Notes under the pieces: model-generated | Seen by the model: the letters and a program-made list of their open reading frames with translations, nothing else | What the model was told of the DNA's origin: nothing | Database searches by the model: none | Translations under genes and position numbers: made by a program | NCBI GenBank assembly: GCA_963770565.1 | Contig: CAVYQE010000011.1 | Location: forward strand, 448,001-512,000 | DNA: 64,000 bases | Direction: 5' to 3' | Source: an uncultured Actinomycetota bacterium | Lineage (GTDB): Bacteria; Actinomycetota; Actinomycetes; JAFAQI01 | Part shown: piece after piece, positions 47,120-56,016 of the stretch | How positions within the stretch are numbered: position 1 is the stretch's first letter | Layout of the letters: each line of letters starts with the position of its first letter

Positions 47120-48531
47120 GACAAGCCCCGCCACGTCGATCGCGCGGCCGCGAGTGCCGCGGCCACCTCCGCACCGCAGTAGAAGCCCTGGCAGCGGCCG
47201 TTCGAGGCCCGGGTCCGGCGGGCCAGACCGGCCCGGTCGACCGGCGGGAGCGGGGAGGCGAGGGCATCGCGCAGCTCGCCGCGGCTGACCCGTTCGCAGA
47301 AGCAGACGATCCGGCCGTACTCCGGATCTGCGGCGACGGTCTCGGCCGTCGTGGCCGGTCGCGGGAAGGCTTCGCCGAGGTTCGGCAGGCGCGGCGGTGC
47401 GGGCAGGTCGGCGCGCTCGGCCACGGGCAGCCCGGCGGCGCCGAGCAACCCGGCGACGTGCTCGGCGATGGCCATCGATGCGCTGAGGCCGGTCGAGCGG
47501 ATCCCGCCGACGCAGACGTAGCGGAGGGCGGCGTCGCAGCGGATCTGGTAGTCCCGGTGCTCGGTCGCCGCCCGCAGTCCGGAGTAGGTGCTGGTGACCT
47601 CCTCGGCGGCCAACGCCGGCACGATCGCGGCGCCCGCTGCCACCAGCGAGCGGAGCCCTTCGGCCGTGGTCGCGGTGTCGGTCTTGTCGGCAAGGTCCTC
47701 GGCGGTCGGTCCGACCAGCACGTTGCCGTAGACGGTCGGGCTGATCAGCACGCCCTTCGTCGTCCCGGTCGGGATCGGCAGGATGATCGACGACACCAGC
47801 CGGCGCGCCTGCTTGTCCATGACGACGAGCTGGCCGCGGCGGGGCGTGACGGTGAAGCTCGTCCCGCCGAACATCCGGTCGATCTCGTCGCTGCGCAGGC
47901 CGGCCGCGTTGATCAGCCAGCCGGCGTGAACCGGTCCGGCCGACGTCGAGATCAAGTGCCCGCCGGCCGGGTCCGCTTCGACCCCGGTGACGGTCGTGGA
48001 GAGCCGCAACCGGACGCCGGCCGCCACCGCCTCGGTCGCGTAGGCGAGCGTCGTGCTCCACGGGCAGATAATCGACTCGTCGGGCACTCGCAGCGCACCG
48101 AGCGCTCCGGGCGCAAGGTGCGGCTCCCTGCGGTAGAGCTCGTCCGCGTCGATCAGTTCGGCGGCCGGGTAGTCGTTGGCCCGGGCCTTGTCGAGCAGAC
48201 CGGGAAGCGCTGCCTGCTGCTCCGGAGTCCAGGCCACGACGACGGCGCCGGTGCGCTCGACGGCGATGCCGGTCGCTTCGGCGTACCCGCCGAGCAGGTG
48301 GTGCCCGGTGCGGACCAGTTGCGCCTCGAGGCTGCCGACCGGGGCGTCGAACCCGGTGTGCAGGATCGCGGTGTTGGCCTTGCTGGTGCCGTCGCCGACG
48401 TCGTTGCGGGCATCGATCACGACGGCGGTCAGGTCGCTTCGGCCGATCCGCCTGGCGATTGCGGCGCCGACCACCCCGGCCCCGATGATCGCGATGTCGA
48501 AGCGGTCGGCCGGCCCGGATCCGGCGCTCAC
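47116..48531 (-). CDS. Glycerol-3-phosphate dehydrogenase-like FAD oxidoreductase with C-terminal BFD-like [2Fe-2S] domain
   Basis: IIGAGVVG, GTSKANTAILHTGFDA, GPTAED, GIRSTGLSAS, CFCERVS...GRCQGFYC. Confidence 0.85.
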   Translation of the reverse strand: MSAGSGPADRFDIAIIGAGVVGAAIARRIGRSDLTAVVIDARNDVGDGTSKANTAILHTGFDAPVGSLEAQLVRTGHHLLGGYAEATGIAVERTGAVVVAWTPEQQAALPGLLDKARANDYPAAELIDADELYRREPHLAPGALGALRVPDESIICPWSTTLAYATEAVAAGVRLRLSTTVTGVEADPAGGHLISTSAGPVHAGWLINAAGLRSDEIDRMFGGTSFTVTPRRGQLVVMDKQARRLVSSIILPIPTGTTKGVLISPTVYGNVLVGPTAEDLADKTDTATTAEGLRSLVAAGAAIVPALAAEEVTSTYSGLRAATEHRDYQIRCDAALRYVCVGGIRSTGLSASMAIAEHVAGLLGAAGLPVAERADLPAPPRLPNLGEAFPRPATTAETVAADPEYGRIVCFCERVSRGELRDALASPLPPVDRAGLARRTRASNGRCQGFYCGAEVAAALAAARSTWRGLS

Positions 48532-49985
48532 GTCGACGCGGCGCCCGCGCCCGCGGCCGCGATGACCCGGGCGATCGCGGCCTCCATGCCGGCGAGTCTG
48601 GCCTGCGCCTCGTCCGCGCTGATCATCGGCTCGTAGCGTTCGCCGCCGGTGACCGCCGCCGCCCGGCCCGGCGCGAGCCCGTTGCGGGCCAGCTGGGCGA
48701 CGCCGAGGGCGGTCGCATGCGGCGAGGTGAAGACCTCGACCGGAGCCTGCAGCAGGTCGGCCTGGGTCTGCATCAGCAGTCGCGACCGGGTGAGTCCGCC
48801 GTCGACCCGCAACGTCCCGATCGATCCGCCCAGGTCGGCGGCTGCGGCGTGCGCCAACAGGGCGACCTGGCCGGCAATCCCGTCGACCGCCGCGCGCACC
48901 ACATGAGCGCTGGTCGTGCCGAGCGTCAGGCCCTCCAACGACGCGCGGGCATCGGGCGCCCAGTACGGCGCACCGAGGCCGGCCAGCGCCGGGACGCACA
49001 CCACGCCGCCGGCATCGGGAACGCTCGCGCCGATCCGGTCGACATCGGCCGGCGCCGCGATCAGGCCGAGCCGGATCAGCCAGTCCACGATCGATCCGAC
49101 GGTGTAGAGCTGGCCATCGAGGCAGTAGGCGACCGACCCGCCGTCGACCCAGCCGACCGATGCCGACAGGCCGTGGGTCGAGCGCTTCGCCGTCGGCCCG
49201 GCGTTCGCGAGCAGGAACGCACCGGTGCCGTAGGTGCACTTGGAGTCGCCGGTCTGCAGGCAGCCCTCGCCGTACAACGCGGCCTGCTGGTCGACCGCCA
49301 GGCCGGTCACCGGCAGCGTCGGACCGAAGGCGTCCGTCGTCCCGACCGTGGTCGTGCAGGCGACGATCTCTGGAAGCTCAGCCGGGTCGACCCCGAAGAG
49401 CCCGCACGCCTCGGGCGACCACTGCCGCCGGTCGAGATCCATCAGCGCACTGCGCGACGCCGTGCTCACGTCGGTCACGAACGCCCCGGTCAGTCGGTGC
49501 AACAGCCACGAGTCGGTGGTCGTCACCACGCCCTCGCGGGTCACGTGCTCGCGCAGCCAGACCACCTTCGGTCCGACGAAGTACGGGTCGAGCGGAAGCC
49601 CGGTCAGCTCGGCCAGCCGGTCGGCGGCGGGGGCAAGGGCGGTGCAGACACCCGCTGACCGGCGGTCCTGCCACGACAGCGCGGGCGCCAGCGGCGCGCC
49701 GGACCCGCGATCCCACGCCATGACCGTCTCGCCCTGGTTGGCGAACCCGATCGCCACCACCTCGCCGCCGGCCTGGGCGAGCGCCGCCCGCCCGGCGGTC
49801 ACGATCGAGTCGAAGAGCTCGGCCGGATCCTGCTCGACGCCGCCCTCACCCACCGAGACCGGCTGCACCGGCGCCTGCGCGGTCGCCAGCACCGACCCGT
49901 CCGGGCCGACCATCAGCGCCTTCGTCGACGACGTGCCCTGGTCGATCGCGAGGATGTTGCCGTCGCGCATCGACGCGTCGGTCAT
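48528..49985 (-). CDS. FGGY family carbohydrate kinase (glycerol kinase-like)
   Basis: AIDQGTSSTK, ANQGET, WQDRRS, DQQAALYG, KCTYGTGAF, LRVDGG. Confidence 0.9.
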   Translation of the reverse strand: MTDASMRDGNILAIDQGTSSTKALMVGPDGSVLATAQAPVQPVSVGEGGVEQDPAELFDSIVTAGRAALAQAGGEVVAIGFANQGETVMAWDRGSGAPLAPALSWQDRRSAGVCTALAPAADRLAELTGLPLDPYFVGPKVVWLREHVTREGVVTTTDSWLLHRLTGAFVTDVSTASRSALMDLDRRQWSPEACGLFGVDPAELPEIVACTTTVGTTDAFGPTLPVTGLAVDQQAALYGEGCLQTGDSKCTYGTGAFLLANAGPTAKRSTHGLSASVGWVDGGSVAYCLDGQLYTVGSIVDWLIRLGLIAAPADVDRIGASVPDAGGVVCVPALAGLGAPYWAPDARASLEGLTLGTTSAHVVRAAVDGIAGQVALLAHAAAADLGGSIGTLRVDGGLTRSRLLMQTQADLLQAPVEVFTSPHATALGVAQLARNGLAPGRAAAVTGGERYEPMISADEAQARLAGMEAAIARVIAAAGAGAAST

Positions 49986-50818
49986 GCTCCGCCGGTCGCT
50001 GTCTCGTGGCCCGCCGCCGGGTGCAGTCGCTCCTTGAAGAAGGCGAGCACCTGGTCGAGGGCGGCGCGGGTCGGCGTACCTTCCCGGTCGTCGAGATGCT
50101 CGGTCAGCACCGAGTGCGCGGTCCTCGGGTGGCCGTAGGGATTGCCGGCCGAGGAGTCGAGCTCGACCCCGATGAACCCGTCGCCGAACTCGCGCCGCAA
50201 CGTGGCGAACCGGTCGGGCGGGCTGGACGCGTCATTGCTGAAGCGAAAACCGAGCAGGCAGATGCCGGCCGCAACCCGGGACTTGACGGTTGCCAGGTCG
50301 GCATCGGAGATCCCGAGGTCGGCTTTGCGAGCCTTGCCGATCGGGAACGGCAACGAGGGCTGGCTCAGCACCGGCGCGACCACTGTGTCGTCGACCAACA
50401 TGGCGAGGGCAAATCCGCCGGTGAGGCACATGCCGACCGCACCCACGCCCGGCCCCCCGCACCGCGCGTGCTCGGCGGCCGCGAGTGCGCGCAGCCAGAC
50501 CGTCACCGGGCTGGCCTGCTTGCGTGCCAGCATCGTGAAGTCGCGCGAGATGCACGTGCCGGCGAGCACCTTCATCGAGTACGCCACCGTCGGTGGCGCG
50601 CCGGGTGTCCCGAACAGGTGCGGCAGGACGGCAGTGCAATCCTGCGCGGCGACCTTGCGGGCGAAGTCGGCCACCAGCGGCGTGATGCCGGGGATCTCCG
50701 ATACGACGATGACCGCCGGCCCCGCACCGAGCCGGTAGATGTCACGGGTCTTGCCCTCGGCGGTGAACGGCTCGCGGGCAAAGTCCCGCAGCGGGTCGGG
50801 CGCTGGTGCACCGCTCAT
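49982..50818 (-). CDS. Dienelactone hydrolase family protein
   Basis: EIPGITP, GMCLTGGFAL nucleophile, AHSVLT. Confidence 0.85.
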   Translation of the reverse strand: MSGAPAPDPLRDFAREPFTAEGKTRDIYRLGAGPAVIVVSEIPGITPLVADFARKVAAQDCTAVLPHLFGTPGAPPTVAYSMKVLAGTCISRDFTMLARKQASPVTVWLRALAAAEHARCGGPGVGAVGMCLTGGFALAMLVDDTVVAPVLSQPSLPFPIGKARKADLGISDADLATVKSRVAAGICLLGFRFSNDASSPPDRFATLRREFGDGFIGVELDSSAGNPYGHPRTAHSVLTEHLDDREGTPTRAALDQVLAFFKERLHPAAGHETATGGA

Positions 50819-50855
50819 CGACGAATCGTCCCCTACCGACCCGCGATGGTGCGCC

Positions 50856-51698
50856 TCAGCCGCCCGATGCAGGTCGGTGGGCCGGGAGCAGGCAGCTCAC
50901 CGGTGTGACCAGGACCTCGACGATGTCCTCGTCGAGCGTCCCGGCGACGAGCAGCCCACACGCGGCGTCGACGCAGAGCGTCAGCACCCGGGTGGTGTCG
51001 GGGTCGCGGCGGCGTTGCCGGCAGGTCGTGCAGTAGCCGTTGATGCTGTCGGCGCCGGTGCTGCACAGCAACTGCCACACCCGGCGTCGTGAGGTCAGCA
51101 CGGCGGCGTGCCAGGCCTCGTCCTGGGCCGCGCTCCGCACCTCCTCGTCGATGTTCGCGCCGGCGAGCAGGATCGATGCGTACTCACCGGCTGCACTCGC
51201 GTCGTGGCAGCGGGCCGCGAGCCGCGGCATCGCGGCCAGCAGTGCCATCACGTCGTCGGCGCGGCTGCCGAGGTCGGGGTCGGCGACCTTGTCGGTCGGG
51301 AAGACGGTCCGCCACGCCTGCATCAACGCGTCGTGCTCGATCCCGGTGAGGATCGGGCGCGCATAGGCGGCCGCGATCGCGTCCCGGATCGCCTTCAGCG
51401 CGGTCGAGGTGACCTCGGGGTCGACGGTGAGGTAGTCCGCGCCGCCGCGGATCTCCTCGGCGTACAGCGACTGGACGGTTTCGAAGCAGGCCAGCACCTC
51501 GACGACGAGCGGGGAGTCGGGCTCGAGCGCGCGCCGACGCGCCTCGGCGAGCAACGTGGTGTTGTGCCAGGCGCCCGCGAGCAGCGGAAGGGCGCTGTCG
51601 GGCAGGCACGGCAGTCGGGACAGGACCGCGCGGATCTCGGTGAGGTTCGGGTGCGCGTCGAGCGACCCGATCGGCGTGATCGTACGGCGATGACTCAC
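50856..51698 (-). CDS. Hypothetical helical protein
   Basis: GAGGAG SD, coding-like codon pattern, CxxC near the C-terminus. Confidence 0.7.
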   Translation of the reverse strand: MSHRRTITPIGSLDAHPNLTEIRAVLSRLPCLPDSALPLLAGAWHNTTLLAEARRRALEPDSPLVVEVLACFETVQSLYAEEIRGGADYLTVDPEVTSTALKAIRDAIAAAYARPILTGIEHDALMQAWRTVFPTDKVADPDLGSRADDVMALLAAMPRLAARCHDASAAGEYASILLAGANIDEEVRSAAQDEAWHAAVLTSRRRVWQLLCSTGADSINGYCTTCRQRRRDPDTTRVLTLCVDAACGLLVAGTLDEDIVEVLVTPVSCLLPAHRPASGG

Positions 51699-51790
51699 GA
51701 CATCTCCTCGTCTCGAGGAGAATCCTCCGACGCGGATGCGCTCGATCCGTGCAGAACACGCCGGGGAGCGACCGGCCGAAATCGGGCGGT

Positions 51791-54523
51791 TTATGCCTGG
51801 TTGAGCCCGTATTTCTCGATGGCCTGCCCGGGTGCCTCGGCTTTGACCTCGCCGCGGCGGGCCAGCTCGGTCAGTGTGGCGAGCACCACCGACTCGGCGT
51901 CGACGGCGAAGAACCGGCGCAGCGCCTCGCGGGTGTCGGAGCGGCCGTAGCCGTCGGTGCCGAGCGACGACCAGTCGCCGGGCACCCATTGGGCGACCTG
52001 GTCCGGCACCGCACGCATCCAGTCACTGACCGCGATCACCGGCCCGGGTGCGCCCTCGAGCTGGTGGGTGATCCACGGTGTGCGGTGGTCGTCGCCGGTG
52101 CCGGTCGCGGCGGCGAGCCGGTTCTGCTTGTCGCACTCGAGTGCCTCACGGCGCAGCTCGGTCCACGAGGTCGCGCTCCAGACGTCGGCTGCAACGCCCC
52201 AGTCGGCGGCGAGCATCGCCTGGGCGTCGAGGGCCCAGTGGATCGCGGTGCCGCTCGCCATCAGCTGCGCGCGCGGCGCGTCGCCGTTGCCCTTGACCTC
52301 CGGAGCGTTCGCGAACCGGTAGAGCCCGCGCAGCACCGCGGCGTCGAGGCCCTCGATGTCCGGTGCGGGCGGCTGCACCCTCGGCTCGTTGTAGACGGTG
52401 AGGTAGTAGAAGACGTGCCTGGCGTCCTCGCCGCCGCTGCGCTCGCCGTACATCCGTTCCAGCGCGGCCTTCATGATGATCGCGATCTCGAAGGCGAACG
52501 CCGGGTCGTAGGAGATGCAGGCCGGGTTGGTCGCCGCGAGCAGTAGCGAGTGGCCGTCCTCGTGCTGCAGGCCCTCGCCGTTCAGCGTCGTGCGGCCGGC
52601 GGTCGCACCGAGCAGGAAACCGTTGGCGAGCTGGTCGCCCATCGCCCACATCAGGTCGCCGGTGCGCTGGAAGCCGAACATCGAGTAGAAGACGTAGACC
52701 GGGATCATCGGCTCGGAGTGGGTTGAGTACGCCGTGCCGGCCGCGATCACACTGGCCATCGAACCGGCCTCGCTGATGCCCTCGTGCAGGATCTGACCCT
52801 GGGTGTCCTCGCGGTAGGACAGCAGCAGGTCGGCGTCGACCGGGTCGTAGCGCTGGCCGTGTGCGGAGTAGATCTTCGCGGTCGGGAACATCGCGTCGAT
52901 GCCGAAGGTCCGCGCCTCGTCCGGGATGACCGGCACGAATCGCTTGCCGATCTCCTTGTCCTTCATCAGGTCTTTGAGCAGCCGGACGAAGGCCATCGTG
53001 GTCGCGACTGCTTGCTTGCCGGATCCCTGGCGGAAGACGTCGTACACCTTGTCGCCGGGCAGGACCAGCGGCTTGGAGCGGTCGAGTCGCTGCGGCAGGA
53101 AGCCGCCGAGCGCGCGCCGGCGCTCGAGCATGTAAGAGATCTCGTCGCTGTCCTTGCCGGGGTGGAAGTACGGCGGCAGGTCCGCGTCCAGCGCGGAGTC
53201 GGGGATCTCGAGGTAGAGCCGGTCGCGGAACTCCTTGAGCTCCGGCTTGGTGAGCTTCTTCATCTGATGCGTGGCGTTGCGCGCCTCGAAGTCTTTGCCG
53301 AGCGTCCAGCCCTTGATCGTGTGCGCCAGGATCACGGTCGGCTGGCCGACGTGGTCGCGGGCAGCCTTGAACGCGGCATAGACCTTGCGGTAGTCGTGGC
53401 CGCCGCGCGGCAACCGCGTGATATCCCCGTCCGAGAGGTGCTCGACCATCTTGCGCAGCCGCGGGTCGCGGCCGAAGAAGTCGTCGCGGATGAACGCGCC
53501 GTCACTGACCGAGTACTTCTGGAACTGCCCGTCCGGCGTGGTGTTCATCGCGTTGACGAGTACGCCGTCGACGTCGCGGGCGAGCAGCTCGTCCCACTCG
53601 CGGCCCCAGACCACCTTGATCACGTGCCAGCCGGCGCCGCGGTAGTAGGACTCGAGCTCCTGGATGATCTTGCCGTTGCCGCGCACGGGTCCGTCGAGCC
53701 GCTGCAGGTTGCAGTTGACGACGAAGGTCAGGTTGTCGAGCTCCTCGCGGGCGGCGACGCCGAGTGCACCGAGGGACTCGACCTCGTCCATCTCGCCGTC
53801 GCCGAAGAAACCCCACACGTGCGAGCGCGAGGTGTCCTTGATCTGGCGGTCGTGGAGGTAGCGGTTGAACCGCGCCTGGTAGATCGCCTCGATCGGCGAG
53901 AGCCCCATCGACACGGTCGGGAACTCCCAGAAGTCCGGCATGAGCCGGGGGTGCGGGTACGACGGCAACCCGTGGCGGCTGATCTCCTGCCGGAAACCGT
54001 CGAGCTGCCCGGTCGAGAGCCGGCCTTCCAGGAAGGCCCGGGCGTAGATGCCGGGAGCGGCGTGGCCCTGGAAGTAGACCTGGTCGCCGGACTCGCCGCC
54101 CTCTTTGCCGCGGAAGAAGTGGTTGTAGCCGACTTCGTAGAGGCTGGCCGCGGAGGCGTAGGTGGCGATGTGGCCGCCGACGTTGGTCAGCGTGTTGGCG
54201 CGGCTGACCATGATCGCGGCGTTCCAGCGGATGTACGCGCGGATCCGGCGCTCGACGAACTCGTCCCCGGGGAACCACGGCTCGGCCTCGGCCGGGATGG
54301 TGTTGACGTAGTCGGTGGAGCGAAGGGCGGGGACGCCGACCTGCTTCTCGCGGGCTCGTTCGAGCAGCTTCAGCATCAAGAAGCGGGCCCGGCGTGGGCC
54401 GGCGGTGTCGATGACGCCGTCGAGCGAGTCGAGCCATTCCTGGGTTTCCGCTGGGTCGACATCGGGGATCTGACTCGGCAGCCCGTCGCTGATCACCGAG
54501 TAGCGGTTTCGTCCTGAAGCCAT
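51791..54523 (-). CDS. aceE: Pyruvate dehydrogenase E1 component (homodimeric)
   Basis: [35 protein letters not shown]...[35 protein letters not shown]. Confidence 0.97.
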   Translation of the reverse strand: MASGRNRYSVISDGLPSQIPDVDPAETQEWLDSLDGVIDTAGPRRARFLMLKLLERAREKQVGVPALRSTDYVNTIPAEAEPWFPGDEFVERRIRAYIRWNAAIMVSRANTLTNVGGHIATYASAASLYEVGYNHFFRGKEGGESGDQVYFQGHAAPGIYARAFLEGRLSTGQLDGFRQEISRHGLPSYPHPRLMPDFWEFPTVSMGLSPIEAIYQARFNRYLHDRQIKDTSRSHVWGFFGDGEMDEVESLGALGVAAREELDNLTFVVNCNLQRLDGPVRGNGKIIQELESYYRGAGWHVIKVVWGREWDELLARDVDGVLVNAMNTTPDGQFQKYSVSDGAFIRDDFFGRDPRLRKMVEHLSDGDITRLPRGGHDYRKVYAAFKAARDHVGQPTVILAHTIKGWTLGKDFEARNATHQMKKLTKPELKEFRDRLYLEIPDSALDADLPPYFHPGKDSDEISYMLERRRALGGFLPQRLDRSKPLVLPGDKVYDVFRQGSGKQAVATTMAFVRLLKDLMKDKEIGKRFVPVIPDEARTFGIDAMFPTAKIYSAHGQRYDPVDADLLLSYREDTQGQILHEGISEAGSMASVIAAGTAYSTHSEPMIPVYVFYSMFGFQRTGDLMWAMGDQLANGFLLGATAGRTTLNGEGLQHEDGHSLLLAATNPACISYDPAFAFEIAIIMKAALERMYGERSGGEDARHVFYYLTVYNEPRVQPPAPDIEGLDAAVLRGLYRFANAPEVKGNGDAPRAQLMASGTAIHWALDAQAMLAADWGVAADVWSATSWTELRREALECDKQNRLAAATGTGDDHRTPWITHQLEGAPGPVIAVSDWMRAVPDQVAQWVPGDWSSLGTDGYGRSDTREALRRFFAVDAESVVLATLTELARRGEVKAEAPGQAIEKYGLNQA

Positions 54524-54708
54524 GATGTGACGGTACGCCGGAGCGGGCATGAGATGTCGGGTCGCCGCGGCGAGCGTGTCGGCCGGGCGCCCGGTGGGGC
54601 CTCCGGGCAGGCGGGTAACTTGCGTTTGGCGCGTTCAACGGGTGGACTGTGCCCCATCGACCGAATCGCGGTCGGTCCCGGAAGAGCGAACGAGGAGGGC
54701 CACAGCAC

Positions 54709-55149
54709 GTGAGCGCCACCGCAGGCGGTGCGGCGGGTCCGCGGAGCGTCGCGGAGAAGTTGGGCATTGCGGCCGGCGCGGTCGTCCAGGAGCTCGGCTG
54801 GGACGACGACTGCGACGAAGACTTCCGCCAGACGATTGCCGCTTGTGCGCAGTCCGAGCTGGTGGACGAGGACTATGACGACGTCGTCGACGTGGTCGTG
54901 CTCTGGTGGCGCGAAGGTGACGGGGACCTGGTCGATGCCCTGGTCGACGCGCTCACTCCGCTGACCGACAATGGCGTGATCTGGCTGCTGACCCCCAAGG
55001 CCGGCCGGGACGGCCACGTCGAGCCGAGCGATGTCAGTGAAGCCGCACCGACGGCCGGGTTGCAGCAGACCTCGAGCATTTCCGCGGGCGGCGACTGGAA
55101 CGGCGCCCGACTCGTCTCGCCGAAGGCAGCCAGGGGCAAGGGCCGCTGA
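54709..55149 (+). CDS. DUF3052 family protein
   Basis: VVQELGWDDDCD, DVVVLWWREGDGDLVDAL, WLLTPKAGRDGHV; divergent from aceE as is usual. Confidence 0.9.
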   Translation: MSATAGGAAGPRSVAEKLGIAAGAVVQELGWDDDCDEDFRQTIAACAQSELVDEDYDDVVDVVVLWWREGDGDLVDALVDALTPLTDNGVIWLLTPKAGRDGHVEPSDVSEAAPTAGLQQTSSISAGGDWNGARLVSPKAARGKGR

Positions 55150-55151
55150 GC

Positions 55152-55607
55152 ATGCCGCAGGTCGGCGACGATGCTCCCGAGTTCGCGATCCAGGACCAGC
55201 ACGGCCGGGAGCAGTCCTTGGCGAAGCGGCGCGGCGATCGAAACCTGCTCCTCGTCTTCTTCCCGTTCGCTTTCACCGGCGTGTGCACCGGTGAGGTCCA
55301 CGCGCTGGCGGACAACGCCGGCACCTGGGAGTCGTTCGGGACCGATGTGATTGCCGTCTCGTGCGACAGCGTGCCCGCGCTGCGGGCCTTCGCCGATCAG
55401 GAGAAGGTGGACCTCCCGCTGGCCTCGGACTTCTGGCCGCACGGCGAAGTGGCCCGGGCGTACGGCGCATTCGACCCCTTCCTCGGCTGTGCGACCCGCG
55501 CGACGTACCTCATCGATCGGCGCGGGGTCATCCGCTGGACGGTCCGCACCGCGATCGCCGACCCGCGCGACGTCGACGCCTACGTCAAAGCACTGGCCGA
55601 GCTGTAA
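55152..55607 (+). CDS. Peroxiredoxin (AhpE-like)
   Basis: VFFPFAFTGVCTGE, SDFWPHGEVARAYG, RATYLID. Confidence 0.9.
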   Translation: MPQVGDDAPEFAIQDQHGREQSLAKRRGDRNLLLVFFPFAFTGVCTGEVHALADNAGTWESFGTDVIAVSCDSVPALRAFADQEKVDLPLASDFWPHGEVARAYGAFDPFLGCATRATYLIDRRGVIRWTVRTAIADPRDVDAYVKALAEL

Positions 55608-55610
55608 CGC

Positions 55611-55922
55611 ATGCCCTGCTACCGGTGCGCCTCGCGCCAGACCGATCCGGGGAAGGGCCCGAGCGACTGGAGGCGCGGAGTCGTCGACGGCGTACAGGTC
55701 CTGATCTGCCCGAGCTGCCAGCGCGCCCACGACTGGCACGCCGATCTCGACCATTGTCCGGGGTGCGGGTCGACGATGCTGGTGCGAGCGCTCGGCGACA
55801 CCCGGTGCCGCGCGTGCGGCTTGGTGTCGACCGGTGGTGGGGGACAGCCGCCGACCGACGTGACGTTGGCGGCCGACGTCGCGGAGGCGCTCGAGCGGCA
55901 GTTCAGGTCGTCCGCGCCGTGA
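55611..55922 (+). CDS. Double zinc-ribbon protein
   Basis: Four CxxC pairs (CYRC, CPSC, CPGC, CRAC). Confidence 0.75.
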   Translation: MPCYRCASRQTDPGKGPSDWRRGVVDGVQVLICPSCQRAHDWHADLDHCPGCGSTMLVRALGDTRCRACGLVSTGGGGQPPTDVTLAADVAEALERQFRSSAP

Positions 55923-56016
55923 CGACGCGGCGCGAAAAATCTTTGCCCGGTCCTGTCCACCCCGGTGGGCCCTCGGGCGTTGGACGGGTGTCCGTCGTCG
56001 ACGAAGGGTGACTCAG

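Noticed and set aside
45857-48061. 734-aa fused oxidoreductase ORF from the ORF track
   Set aside because: The N-terminal extension overlaps the G3PDH-like gene in another frame; the likely start is the GTG at 47119
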